From positions 62,001 to 126,000 of the forward strand of contig OZ025661.1 in assembly GCA_964019335.1 (NCBI GenBank): a stretch of 64,000 nt of DNA, given 5' to 3'. The stretch's first letter is position 1. Every line of letters begins with the position of its first letter. Below are positions 21,175 to 33,900 of the stretch, piece by piece. The notes under the pieces are model-generated. The model saw only the letters and a list, made by a program, of their open reading frames with translations, did not search any database and had not been told where the DNA came from. Origin of the DNA: Diplonema japonicum (Eukaryota > Protista > Euglenozoa: Diplonemea). The translations under genes and the position numbers were made by a program.

Positions 21175-23595
21175 TTAGCATAACGAGAGCTGTACCAAGT
21201 AGTATGGCTTTGTCTCTATGCTGCCCAGTGAGAGAGAGATAGAAGAATTGGGGTTGAGTGCAGGCCAGTACTGGGGCTGCAGGAAGGTGAACTTCTGGAG
21301 GTACTCGCGGGTGGAAGGGAGCACCTTCAGGGTCAGCGGTGTCGAAGGGCTAAGAATGCCAGGAAGCTCATCCACAAGTTTTGTGTAACTCACCTGCATG
21401 CTACCGTCACCGTTGTACCCTGTGAACCAGTTGTCCGTGATGAGGTACGTCTTGTTGTAGTAGAGCCTTGCAGCGTCGCCCTGGTAGGGTATCTCGATGA
21501 AGTAATCGAGGTCACCAGTGGGAACTTCTGAAGTGAGCTGCAGACTGAACACCGCAGCCGCCTCCCACTCTGCCGCGTTGGGTTCAATAGTGAAGTTCGC
21601 ACTGGAGTACATCAGTGCCCTCGGCGGCCCTGCAGGGGCACGCTGGGTGACCTTGACAGTGGGCAGGGGGGCGCTCTTGAACGGGATTGAGAACTTCCAG
21701 AAGTAACCATCGTCGGAGGGGATCTGGCAGACACCGTCCATCGAAATGTTCATTTTCGGGAAGAGAGACAGATAGCTGTCACCGTTGACCGTGTCCCCCT
21801 CCACGAACACCTTCGTCCCGTTCGTCACTACTGCCTGCACATCACTCGACGAGATGGCGAAAAACGGCACGCTGTTGATCACGCCTTCCCATAAACGCAG
21901 CGAGTCCTCCTCGCTGAGCACAAGGTACGTCACTGTCAGCCCCAAAGAGTTGATGATCTCGATCGCGCATTCCCTGGATGCCTCGAACCCGCTGAAAATG
22001 AACAAGCCGTTCTTCAGCACCTTCTGCCCCTTGTACGCCACCACCACGTCCACGTACTCAAATGGCAGTGCGATCACAGGGGCGATGCCGTTTGTCTGCT
22101 TCAAGATGACGACCTTTCCTGTCACAAGCATCCTCGAATGGAGCAGCTCTGCCGTCGCATACTTGATGCTCTCGAAGTTGAAGGGCCACGTGAACCACGC
22201 ACCCGACTGCACCGTGACGTCGCTGCCCGGGATGCTCAACGTTTCCCCCGGGAGGTTCACCGTGAACCCGCCCTGCACTGTCTTCGCGGACAGAGGGTTG
22301 AGCCTCTCGTAGTTGTTAACAAAAATGAAGCCCGCCGTACCGTTGCTGCGCACAGTCCATCTCAGCGTTGTGTTGTCGCCAGGGATGGGCGACGGAAGCA
22401 CTTCGGGCTGGAACACGTCACAGGTGGTGAGGAACGAGCCATAGGTTTTCAGGAATATGTTCTGCCTGCGCATGGTGTGGTAGTGCGGTCGAAGCTGCCC
22501 GAACTCCCCTATGGGTGCGTAGAAGTCGTACGTTTTGCTTGGCATCGGGTTTGCAGGGCCCGAAGGCTGGAAGGTCGACTCCTGGTAGCCGTCTTTAGGA
22601 GCATCCCCAGACGCCGCCTCGGGGTTGTTCCCACCGTGGTAGAGGTAGTATCCGATCCAGTTGAGACCTGAACCTATCTTATAGTGGTGCCAGGTGGGCA
22701 TGTCGTTGGGTGTCATGTGCGGGCGGTGGTTGTAGGCAACCTCCATCCCAGAACCTATCTCGACGCCGAGGGGAGGGAACCTGCTGTTCGGTGCGGGGGT
22801 GAAGAAGTAGCCCGAGGAGCTGGGTTCGGGCTTCATGGATGTCGTCCAAAATCTGTCGGGATACTCCCCTTCGAAGTAAAGGAAGGGGTAGTTTGCAGGT
22901 GCGTCAAGAGTGCTAACGGCAGTGAAGAAAGGCGGTCTGATGCCCAGACCGATGGCCACCGTCCGCATCTGCTCCAAGATCTCCCAGTCTGGGTACCCAT
23001 CGTAGTCGCCGAGCTGAGCAAAGATGATGGGGCCGCCATCTTTGAAGTAAAGGCCGTCGAGTTGTGCAGCCAGCTGCTTAAACCACGAGGTGGCGAAGGA
23101 AACGTACTCCGTGTTGTTCTGACGGAGGGGGAAGTTGCCGTCTTTAGAAGCACGAACAAGCCAGTCGGGGTGCCCTGCATTACGTGACTCACCGAAATCC
23201 CAAGGCCCTATGCGCACCATGACCTTGAACCCGAGCTCGTCACAAAGCTTCACAAAGGACCGAATATCCCTTCTACCTTCAAAGCTGAACTTGCCTTCCA
23301 CTTCCTCATGGTGCACCCAGAACGCGTACGTCTGCACCATGGTGATTCCTCCCGCCTTCATTTTCTGCAGGGCAGGCTTCCACATTGACTGGGGCATTCT
23401 TGCATATTGGGCTTCTCCGCCCACTCCATACCACCCTTCACCGTTGAGCGTCACACTCCTATTAGTCGCACTCATAACGTCCCCACTGGGGCTTACATTG
23501 TCCGCAATTGGAAACAGCAAAGGCACCGTGGGTTGTGGGCCACCGATGTTAACCACAGCACCTGACAGAACATGAACGAGCACAGCCAGTAACAT
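21175..23595 (-). CDS. Secreted GH35 beta-galactosidase-like protein (bacterial-type), acid/base motif altered
   Basis: GEAQYARMP..W...LQKMKAGG..MVQTYAFWVHHEEVEGKFSFEG, RIGPW..GE.RN.G.PDWL, YYLYHGGNNP, TYDFYAPIGEFG; signal peptide MLLAVLVHVLSG; no intron seen. Confidence 0.85.
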   Translation of the reverse strand: MLLAVLVHVLSGAVVNIGGPQPTVPLLFPIADNVSPSGDVMSATNRSVTLNGEGWYGVGGEAQYARMPQSMWKPALQKMKAGGITMVQTYAFWVHHEEVEGKFSFEGRRDIRSFVKLCDELGFKVMVRIGPWDFGESRNAGHPDWLVRASKDGNFPLRQNNTEYVSFATSWFKQLAAQLDGLYFKDGGPIIFAQLGDYDGYPDWEILEQMRTVAIGLGIRPPFFTAVSTLDAPANYPFLYFEGEYPDRFWTTSMKPEPSSSGYFFTPAPNSRFPPLGVEIGSGMEVAYNHRPHMTPNDMPTWHHYKIGSGLNWIGYYLYHGGNNPEAASGDAPKDGYQESTFQPSGPANPMPSKTYDFYAPIGEFGQLRPHYHTMRRQNIFLKTYGSFLTTCDVFQPEVLPSPIPGDNTTLRWTVRSNGTAGFIFVNNYERLNPLSAKTVQGGFTVNLPGETLSIPGSDVTVQSGAWFTWPFNFESIKYATAELLHSRMLVTGKVVILKQTNGIAPVIALPFEYVDVVVAYKGQKVLKNGLFIFSGFEASRECAIEIINSLGLTVTYLVLSEEDSLRLWEGVINSVPFFAISSSDVQAVVTNGTKVFVEGDTVNGDSYLSLFPKMNISMDGVCQIPSDDGYFWKFSIPFKSAPLPTVKVTQRAPAGPPRALMYSSANFTIEPNAAEWEAAAVFSLQLTSEVPTGDLDYFIEIPYQGDAARLYYNKTYLITDNWFTGYNGDGSMQVSYTKLVDELPGILSPSTPLTLKVLPSTREYLQKFTFLQPQYWPALNPNSSISLSLGSIETKPYYLVQLSLC

Positions 23596-23743
23596 GATGG
23601 TCAGGGGACGTGTGGGGGGAGCTCGACTGCTAGGGACTGTGGTGTGGTGACTGGAGATACAAATACAAGACAACGAAGAAATAAAAGTCCAACTACAAAA
23701 GAAAAGAGACTCATCAGAAAAAAAAAAAAAAAAAAAAAAAAAA

Positions 23744-24744
23744 GAGATGAGATAAAGGAGGTTCCTGTTTTGGAACGTCCCCCTTGTCTCTACTTATCTA
23801 CCCCTTTCTCCCTCGGCCTTTCTTTCTTTTTTGGCTGTGTTGCCTTCCTCAAAGTATCCTCCCTTTCTTCTTGCCACTTTCTGCCCAGTTTCTTAAGGTC
23901 CTTCTTGGTTTTCTCTGATGCAAAAACTGGCCTTCTGTTCCATCCCAGACTCTTCTTCGCACCTATGGTTCTAAGCGCGTGGTTCTTCTTGCTCTCCGCT
24001 GGGAAGATCCGCTTGCCTCTGACCTTCTTCTGTATGCGTGCTGTGTCCCACCCTTCTTGGATTCTTTCCAGGAGGCCGTGGAAACTCCGCGCTTTCTTCT
24101 GTATCATGTCTAGATCACCCTTCTTCCCCGTGATCGGCTCGACGCCCAGCGTGTTCTCGAAGTCTAGTACGAGTTCCATTGTGGTGACTGTCGTCTTCCT
24201 CGGTCCATCGTACCACTTCAGCTTTTTGAGCCACTTGACGATGTCTTCACCGTGCTTCATCATCAGGCTCCCGCTCACATGCTTCCTCAGCTCCTTCCAT
24301 TCAGGTGGCGCATGAGCGTTTCCTTCCGTTATCTGTTCCCAGGGGTGCGTCGTGTACGTTTCTAGCTTTCTCTTGTCCTGGAGAAGCTGGTCCCGTTTTG
24401 CCACCACTTCCAGCAGGTAGTATTGCGTCTTCCTCAGCCGGTGTTGGTGTGTTCGGTGACCACGCGGGAGCGTTCCATGTAGCTGCATGCAGATTGGCAT
24501 TTCCGTCTTGTTGGCCACTACTTCTGCATGTACTTCCTTCTGTTGCACCTCCTTCGCCACACTGCATTCCCATAATGCGTGTCGCAGCATGTTGCTCTCG
24601 TCCTCCTCCGCACCGCACGCGTCGCATGTGACTTCGTCTGTTGTTGGTCTCTTGTTCACACGCTCGTGTGTCTCGTCCCCTTCCTCTTCCGAGCTGTCCT
24701 CGCTTTCGCTCTGCTCGCCCTCTGGGGGTGGTACCCGTCTGGAA

Positions 24745-24745
<1 letters not shown>
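23744..24745 (-). mobile_element. 5'-truncated non-LTR retrotransposon (LINE) remnant, 3' part of ORF2 only
   Basis: CCHC-type finger CDACG...RHALWEC, PICMQLHGTLP and KWLKKLKW...TMELVLDFE; colinear with the C-terminal part of the element at 56.2-60.2 kb; bracketed by A26 and A30 tracts on the + strand. Confidence 0.75.
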
Positions 24746-24778
<33 letters not shown>

Positions 24779-24820
24779 ACATTTAAGGGTACCTGCGGTA
24801 TGTGGCAGGACGCCTGACTG

Positions 24821-24863
<43 letters not shown>

Positions 24864-24964
24864 ACTAAACATAACAGTACCTCTTTTCTTTTCTTTTTTC
24901 TTTCGTCGTCTCATGGAAATAAGACACCCAAATGATTCGGATCAGTAAACACAGAAACACCGCT

Positions 24965-27900
24965 CTACAAGCTGTCATCATCGATGTCAAGCTCTATCCT
25001 CCTTGGGGTATGGGTGGGTTCCGAAACGGCATTCTCGTCAGTAACAGCTGTAGGGGAGGTGCCTTCCTCCTGAGAGAGGACGTCGGCAAGTACCTTAGAG
25101 GCACGAGGTTTGTTCATCTTAAGCACTGACGGCTTCTCAACTTTCGTGATGGTTCCGGTGGCAACTACGGACTTGCGGGTGAACCATCCCTCGGAGCCAA
25201 GTAGTTCCAATCTCCTTTTTTGTTCTTCGACTTCTCTTTCTTTGCGAAGCCTTTTGAACCGCAGGGCTTGCTCCACGGTTGTTGCCTTCGCGGCATCGTA
25301 CTCGTCTTCATCTTCCGACGACATTTCAGGGTCTTTCATGGTGTACCCCACCTTCTTGAGCAAGGGGCCGAGGGTCTGATAGGCCTTGATGCGTGATACC
25401 TTGACAACCTCCTCCCACGTCACATCGCCGTCGCCGTCGGAGTCCAAGATGTCCAGCACTTGCTCCTTGCCAGCATCAAAGACCATCACCCATGCAAAGG
25501 TTGCAAGCGTTCCAAGATTAATGGACAAGATCAACAGTGTGACAATGACTTCACCAACACCTCGCAAATCATACTCCTCACCGTACAGCATCGACAGGTT
25601 CAGCGACAGTGCAACGCTAGCCAACGCCAAGTTCTCCAAAGCCCACAGCCTGCTGTACATGAACGGCCGAGCAAAGATATTCAACATCAAGAACGCAGTC
25701 ATCAGCCACAACCCGAACAGTGTTCGGTACACTTGCACACTGCCTCCTTCAAAGAAGACCAGGATGAACACCACAAGCATCTTCCTGAACATTACCACCA
25801 TTTCCCAATAGTATCTGTTCAGCCGATACCCTGAGTACAGGAATCCCAGCAGTGCATTTGTTTTCTTCTTCAGCAGTCCATGCCCTGTGAACCCTCCGTA
25901 CTTGAACAGTAACAACCCGCCGCCTACAGGGATGCCTACACCGTAAACCATAAAGAAGACCTGTGCAAGGAATTTCCATCTGGCATATTTGTCGGTGTCG
26001 CAGGATATCTTCATGTCTGCCGACAGGTAGGACTCCTGCAGGTCGGCGATGTGCTCGCACTTCATCAGCGTTGCGATCTCCGTCATGAGACGGGGGTACA
26101 CGAGGAAGATCACCACCAGCACAGTCACGATGTAAACCTCGATCACACCCTGCCCGCGTTCCTTTTCGAACCGAACCTTCCCGGCAGTGGTTGTGCAATC
26201 ATAGTCAGGCTGCTCCTGCTGCAGCACGATCTTGCGCAACACCTTTTTGCTAGCAATAGACGCATGATGCGTGTTTGGGTGCCTGGCCGTCTTGTGGAAG
26301 TATCTCGGCCCCGTCCCCTCCATCTCCGTGTGGATGACGCGGTGGCACGTCTGGCACATCAACTCACCAGAGAGTACCGGTTTGAACGCTGAATCTTGGT
26401 TCTTCTTCTTTTTCTGGATCTGCTCCGAACGCTCTTCATTCTTCCTAGCGGTGCCCGACGGTTGGAAGAAGGGGAAGGTTCGCTCTTTCCAGGGGAGGTC
26501 TGGCTCGCGTTCTTCTCCGCACAGGTCGCAAGCGATGATGGCAAAGTCTGAGTGGCAAATGGTGCATTTGAACAGCCCCTCGTCGGGACAAGCACCACCG
26601 ACATACTCGTCTTCTGTCACCGCTTCGAACTCAGTCCAACATTTCGCAAGGATCAAACGTATCTTGTCCCCACGTTGGACATTCATCTTCGGATCGAACA
26701 ACACCCAGCCGTCCACAAACGAAGGTGACAGCACTTCGTGCTCCACTTCTAAGCGTTCTGCGTTCTTCCCGTTCACCTTCATCACGCAGTCATCTAAGCT
26801 TGGTAGTGGCTCTTGCCCAAACTTTTCAACACCAGTCAATTTTATGAAGAATTTGAACAACCCTTTCCTGATGTTGATTTTAACTATCTCACCAGTACTC
26901 ATCGAGTTCAGTGCCAAGTGCCTGATCTCGCCTCTCCCAGGCATACAATGGCAGAGCTGTGGCCCATTTCCTAAGATACCTACAGCACCGGAAAGCTGGC
27001 CCCTCAGAGCAGCCTTCCCTTCATCATGCAACTTCTTTTCTCGCTTGCGCAGGACGGTGTCCTCGATGTCCCTTCTGATGTTTCGCCATTTCTTTCTTGG
27101 CTCGAGCCGCTTCGCTTGTTTGTCGAACTGCAAGCTCTTCAGCTTGTCGTCGGTCTTGTTCAGCTGTCGGGTGACCGCTTCGATGTCGCGTGCTACAGTG
27201 CAGGACAGGAGCTTCTTCTGAAGTTCGGCGAGCTTCGTTTGCAGCTGGTCAAGGAGGATCCTGTCCTCAACTTCCAGGTAGCGTGCCTTTTCGTGCCTCT
27301 CCTCCCATGTCATCTCGCCTTTCCATGCCTGCCGTCCTGTCATGTCCATGGCCTTGATTCTGAAGTAGCTGTCTATCTTACATATTTTGTCAAATGCCTT
27401 TATGTCGGCCTTGCTTCGTTTGGGTCGCGATGCCGACTCCCTGAAGTACCCCCAGATCTTTGTGGCATGATCTGTTTCCACCACTGCACGCCAGCAGTCG
27501 TCGTGGTACTCAAGGCCCTTCACGACACCGGTCTGCCATTCTTCGGTGCTTGCGTCACGCACCTCGACATGCTCGCCTGTGTTGAGGCACTGCTCTCCGT
27601 CGATTTCCAACACGATGGAAGGAAGGGAAACGAGCTGTGAGTTCTGTGACAAAATACCTTTTTCTTGCTCATCATCACCACGATGCTCAAGGGGTACAGA
27701 CGGCTCACTCACAGGTGGTGGGCTGGGCTCATCCGACGTCTCGACATTATCAAGCACACTCTGCTTCGGAGACTCGCTCGACTCGGGCTCGTCGTTGCTT
27801 GACAGCTGTTCGTACCCTCCTTTCTTGCTGTTCTTCCGCTTTACCAATGTGTCTTCTATATCGTCCGCCCTGCGTTGCCAGTCCTCCATCCCCGCAACTT

Positions 27901-30900
27901 CCTCGGGTTTATCCCACTTTGACTCACCAGTTTCGATGTTCTTCCAGTATGATCTGTTGTACCGTTTTGACACCTTTAGGACCCATTTGCAGTCAGGCTT
28001 CTCCTCGTAGAGAGTCTTCTTCTTCTCTTCGTACTCCTTGATGTATTCATCTCCTCCTAGAAGCAAGTCTTGAGCCTGGGCAGCTATTTCTTGTTTCTCT
28101 GTTTCTGTTCCCGTTTGAAGGATGCGCAGTGCTTCGGCGGTTTCTTCCTCGGCCAGCTCCTGGGCTTCTTTTTCTAAATCTTTGAGTTTTTTGAACTGCT
28201 CCGCTTTCGTTTGCTGCTGTTGTTTTACAACCTCGGGGTGGTCCCCCCAGCCAGACTGCATGGTGGACCCCTTTTGTACCTCATCATCTGTGATGAGGTC
28301 CCCGCCCCCGAAAGGCGTGTTGTCGTCTTGTGCGGAGCTCCCGTCGTCTTCTTCCTCATTTTCTTCGTCTTTTTCCTCGTCTAGACGAGTGAATGACTGA
28401 CGTACTTCTTTGTCGAATACAGGGACAGGCTTCCCTGAGTTAAGAGCATGCATCTGTGCGATTTGCTGCTCTGCATCGTTTGCTTCGATCCCTATGCTGT
28501 TCCTGCGTGTCCTGATGTCCACCAGGCTAACCATCGCTTTCTTTTTCCTGAGCAGCTTCTTTAGTGCAATAACCCCGGCAACAAACCCCGGTAGCACCAA
28601 GATGAATACCGGCACGATCATCCACATCTGGAACACCTGATACTGGTCAAAGCCTGTCGCGCAGCTGAACCCACCAAAGTTGGTGGACCCCGAAGGCTTG
28701 TCTTGAATGTCCAAGATGTTATTCACCATATCTTTCACTTTAGTCTGTTTTTGGTGTGCCGTGCGTTGGCCCTTCGTTGACATACCTGGAACTCGCGCAT
28801 GAGGGTCGCTGTCTGGAGGTAATTCATGAGAATCTTGATGATGATTGACAGGCGCGATTTTTGCTGTAACAGTGAATTGAGGATGGTTTAAAAAGGCCTA
28901 CCTTCCCACCGCTGTCAAGGTTTGTTTTCACCATCACCACAATTACAATGAGGATTGCCAGTGTGAACAGCACAACAACAATAATCGACTGCTCCAAGGC
29001 CGGACACTGTGTGCAGGTGGTCCCGGTGCGGCCCCACCCAGGGATGCAAACAGCACAGAGGGGGCCCATGGTGCCTTTCTTGCACAAGTTATTGCCGGCC
29101 AGTCTTCGGTCAGGAGCATCGCAGTTTGTGTCCTTGCAAGCATAAAACTGCACGTCAAGCTCTGTGGCCCTCCAGTATCCAATCATCGATTTAAGGAACA
29201 CAGTTCCGTCGCAGACACCGCCTGTCGGACACGGCAGGCAGTGCATCGAGAAGTTTAAAGCAAAGTAAGCGATTCCACCTAGGGGCGTGCACGGTGCCCG
29301 CGTCAGTTCGTGAGACACAGGCGGCAAGTTGCTGTACGTTGGCTGCGCGATGGAGTACGTCACCTTGTACTTGATGCCGTGCCAGATCCCCGAGATGATC
29401 AACCCTTTGAAATCTGCTCTCGCTGCCGCTGTCAGCGGTGACGACGTTATACTCAGTTGGCTATCTCCGCCCGTGTGGTATGGCGGGTCCAACGGCAGTA
29501 CGCGATTCAACGCCAACTTCGTGTAGTTTGGGTCCCCACCCAAGTCAGCAGGCATGAAAGTGAAATACGGTAGCCAGCACTGAGCAGAGTTTCCGTTGCA
29601 ACCCTGTTCGCCTGTGGCGCACGTGGCCACGCAGTTTGTCACACCATCGACAAGGGTAGTGCTAGAACCGCCTGGCTGAGTGGGGACACCAGTCACAATG
29701 AGCTGGTCAGACCGCGTCACTTCCCTAAACACCTTTGTCTGCCACCTTGCCTTAGGGTCGATGTCCGCCACAAGCCGCCTGGGCCGCGAGGGTATTGTAT
29801 GTAGCTCGTATGGCATAATATGCGCAACAACATCGATAGCTTCAGGCAGGTCGGTGTTCCCCAAGGGGTTCCCTGCAACATCCTTTATGGCAAGAGACGC
29901 TGCAGGGGCCATGGGTGACCTGCTGTCGGTGACAATAGCAGGCGGTTCAGTGAAGCCGAAGGTGTGGGGGATGTTCACCATAACGATGATGCGAATAGCG
30001 CCCCACGTGAGAGTAGGTGTAGTGAAGTTCAGGATGTACGTCCCTGTGACAGGGTAGCGCAGGGTAAAGTCTTGTATCCTGAGGAGCCCTGTCTCTGTCC
30101 ATGCCTTCTTGGTGCCGTTTAAAGGTGTTGTCTCCACGCAGTTCTCCCCACGGATCACGTCGCATTGCTGCATTATGAGATCAGAGCCAACCCTCGTGAC
30201 GTTCCTGGTCTCTGTCTTGGGCGGAAGCATGGTCAATGTCACCTCTACGTCTTTCGCAAACTGAGTGTCGAACCCGTTGCCCTCATATAGGTCACCACCC
30301 CCTGAGTCCTGCAGCACGATAAGCAGCTCACCAATGTTCACAACAGCTTCCGTGTTGTAACATCTCTTCGGAAGCAGAGATGTGTCTTCTGCATCGTATG
30401 GGCACGTGAACGAGTTGTCGAGAACAGTGTTGTTGGTCATGAAGCATACCCGGGACTCTTGGCACCCAGCAACAAGCCCCAGCTGTGTGGGCAGAGGTGA
30501 CTTCATCTGGAACGGTAGAGCGGATGAAGAAAAGTCCACGTTCGCCTCATCGAACAGCTGCAAGCCATGTGATCCAGTCCCTAGTGATTGCAGTACATGC
30601 GCCTTTCTCCCCGCCGTGGACGGGAGTGTCAGTGTTGACGTGCACGTGTCAACGTATGACACTGCAAGGAATGTACCACCCAGGGAGACCTTGAGTTGTC
30701 TTTTTGGCTGGAAGTCCCATCCTTTGAGGGTGATGCTTGCACCACCCGACAGCATCCCCCAGCTCGGCACCATCTTGCACAGTGTTTGCGAACAATTGCA
30801 GTCTGGGGCTCGGAGCGGTTCAGACACGAGATCAGGCAACAAAGGGCTTTTGATGCTGAAGACCATCTTGTACTTCACCGTCTGGTCGCCCCGGAAGAAT

Positions 30901-33900
30901 AAATCGGTGAACGAAGCAATTCCATTGAGCACTCGCTGACTGTCTCCGTACAACCTTGTACATGTTGCCTCCCACACAGAACTACCAGTAGTGCTAGGTC
31001 TGGTGCCATGACAGAATGGGCCATATGTAGGTCCGTAGCTTGCTGGGCCTAAGTCTATCTCCGCCTGGGTGAATTCAAAACCTGACAAGCAACCGCCCTG
31101 CACTGTGGAAGCTGTACCAAAGTCGAATTGGTCCTGCGTCTGCGTAGTGCCTATGCGGCAGTATGGTACTACGCTGGCAGTGATCACTGGTACCACATCG
31201 AACCTTGTTACAGTGTTATCGGAGATGTCAGCGATCCTGACAACAGGCTGCTGGTCTAGCTTCCTCTTCGATGTCGTGAACAGAGAGTAGTGGTCACTTG
31301 GGAGACCTGTGCTGGAGTCAGTGGGCCCTCTTGTATAGAACTTCAGGATCACAGGTGTGCCTGGAGTGACAGAGATGATGAAGCTTGTTTGAAATGTGTA
31401 GAAGGTCGACGGACGTGGTGCGTGCATTGTGGGACACGGTGCAGCGGGGGTAGGCGTACATTGATCGGGAGCTGGGTTACTGGTGTCATCAAAGTCATGC
31501 CCGGAGTCTTGTTCAGTTTGTGAAATCGATACATAAATCAATGTTTTTGAAGCAGTCTCTGTGAAAGAGACAGTCCTACTCCTCGTCTGTGTCGGGGTCA
31601 GCGTTGTCGTTTCAGTGCTGGAGAGACTGGCGGTGCCAGTGGGCATCGTCAAAGTCTTCGTCAGAGTAGGTGTCGGAGGGGGGGGGACCAAGGTCGACGT
31701 CGGCGACACCAAATTGCAATCTACCCTGCCTGCTGACCAGTCGCTGTTTGTAGCACTGCTGCTGCACTCTCCTGACAGAACTCTGCAAAGCCCATCCGTG
31801 GACCTGTAATTACACCAGGTACCCCCATTCTCTTTTGCAAAAATCATGCAATTCGAAAACTTTGTAACAGTAGTGTTCACCACCACTGTGCACCCCGAGC
31901 TCACATCAAGCTCAGCTCCTTCAAGCTCGCAGACAACGGTTGGTGTCGGTGGCTTTGGGGTGACGGTGCGTTCCTCGGTCTCTGAGGACTGGGCGCGTTC
32001 CATGAATGTGCAAACGTAGGAATCGGGTGAACACGGGACAGAGATCCAACACTGTCCGCTCTTCCAAATGCAATTGGACTTTGTTTCACAAGCAGATTGG
32101 GTGTTGCAGTTGCAGTTTTGGGAACACGAGTTGCCGTCAGGGAGGACTTCGCATTTCTGAGACAACGTGCAGTTCAACGGGTACGTGCACGCGTCATACA
32201 ACGTCTGCGTCACGGTGGGGGTGTTCGCGTCCATGACGACGGTCGCAGTCTCAGAAGGCAGGGTTAAGTCGAAATAAGGCAGATCCTGGTCATAGTCAGG
32301 TACTTCGGTGGTGTCTTTGTCTGTAGGGGTTGCAGCCAACGCATTCGTTGTGAACAACATGGTGTACCGGTCTTCGGTAGGTAGCTTGGCCTTCACACCA
32401 GTGAAAACTACCGTCGCGTTGGTACACTGAAGAAACAGAGGCGACGTCACCAGGGGAAGCCTTGTCTTCACATATAGGGTACGATCCTCAGTGTCCCAGT
32501 TCCTGAGCCAATTCCCGGCGTTGTCCCTGAACTTCACGACAATGGGGTCCAGAGTAACCACACCTGCTGACGGGTACACATACGCTCCAGAAGGTATCTC
32601 TGCAGTGACGCTGTCTACGACATCGATGTACGTGTAGTTCAAGCCTATCGTGGTGTACTGTTGCTTCTGCGCCATCTCGGCCGTGTACGCTATTTCCAAT
32701 GGGTCAGTCCTTGGACCGGTCTTAGCTCTTAGAGGGCACAGCAGCGTGCAGGTATCGATGAACCGAGTAGATATGGGAGGGTCCGCCCCGTACTTGCATT
32801 GCATAGCGCTGCTGTCTTCTCTTCTAAAGCCCCATCCTTTGATGGTCACCACCTGCGAATTGAGTTGTCCATTGTCTGGGCGCAGTGCGTATATTGCATC
32901 GTTACTTGAAGGGTGACACTCGGCTATTCTGATAGGCTCACTTTCGATGTACTTGGCGATACCACTGGCCTTGAAGCGCAGCGTGTAGTTGTACCCTTCG
33001 ATGCCGTTGTTAAGACGCAGCTTTTTGAATGTGATGATGCCGCCACTGAAGTCAGCGTCGTCCGACAAGTGGCCCTCCATGAGGGGGAGGGGCTGTTCGA
33101 CACCATCCTTGAGCGCTACGAAGTATGTGCATGATTGCCAAATGCAGGGAGCGGAGTCGGCTACAGTCTTGATAGGGAGCACCTGCGAGGGGTTCACGAA
33201 GAGTTCGACAGAGACCTTCCCCGACGCCGTCGATACAACGTTTTCGGAGATATCTGAGAACTTCAGCACAGGCTGCACTGTGAGCTTCTCTTTGTTCGTG
33301 GAGAAGTATGTTGGCTGGTCGATGAAAGAGAGCCTCGTGGCGATGGCCGTGATGACCATCTTAAACTGTATATTACGGATTGCCAAGGTGATATTCACCT
33401 TCTCTTCGCTGTCTCCAGGTAAAAAGACCGGGTCGAACGTGATCCCCAGCACAAGCTCACCCGCTGCAGGATACATGAGAGAGATGTCGTCGAAAGTGAC
33501 TTCCCCAGACTCGATGGGCTTGCTCAGGGTCCCTTGCAAACCGTCGTACTGCGGGCCAAGCGGCGCCGGTGTGAAGCTCAGCAGTCCCAAGGTTATGTTC
33601 CCGCCCCTCACCAGGTCGTCACGTATTCCCACAAACGACCCTGCCGAGTCGTAGAATTTCACTGTAATGTTCTTGATGGGTGTAGACACAGTCGACACTT
33701 CGCTGTAGAAGTCGGAAGGCGATTGGGGCTCGAAGTCTGCGCATGTAGGGGGGCTGAAGCAGCTCTTGATGCTGTATCCCAACCGCACAGGCAGCCCGAT
33801 GATGTAGTACTGCACATTCGACTTTGAAAACTGTTGCCCGTCCATCGACACTTCGATTGTTGTGTGCATTGGCTCGCTCATCACGGGCTGCGCACAGATC

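Noticed and set aside
23675-23717. CTGATGAG on the minus strand beside the LINE remnant (hammerhead or C/D box)
   Set aside because: No GAAA after the possible stem II and no convincing box D or terminal stem.
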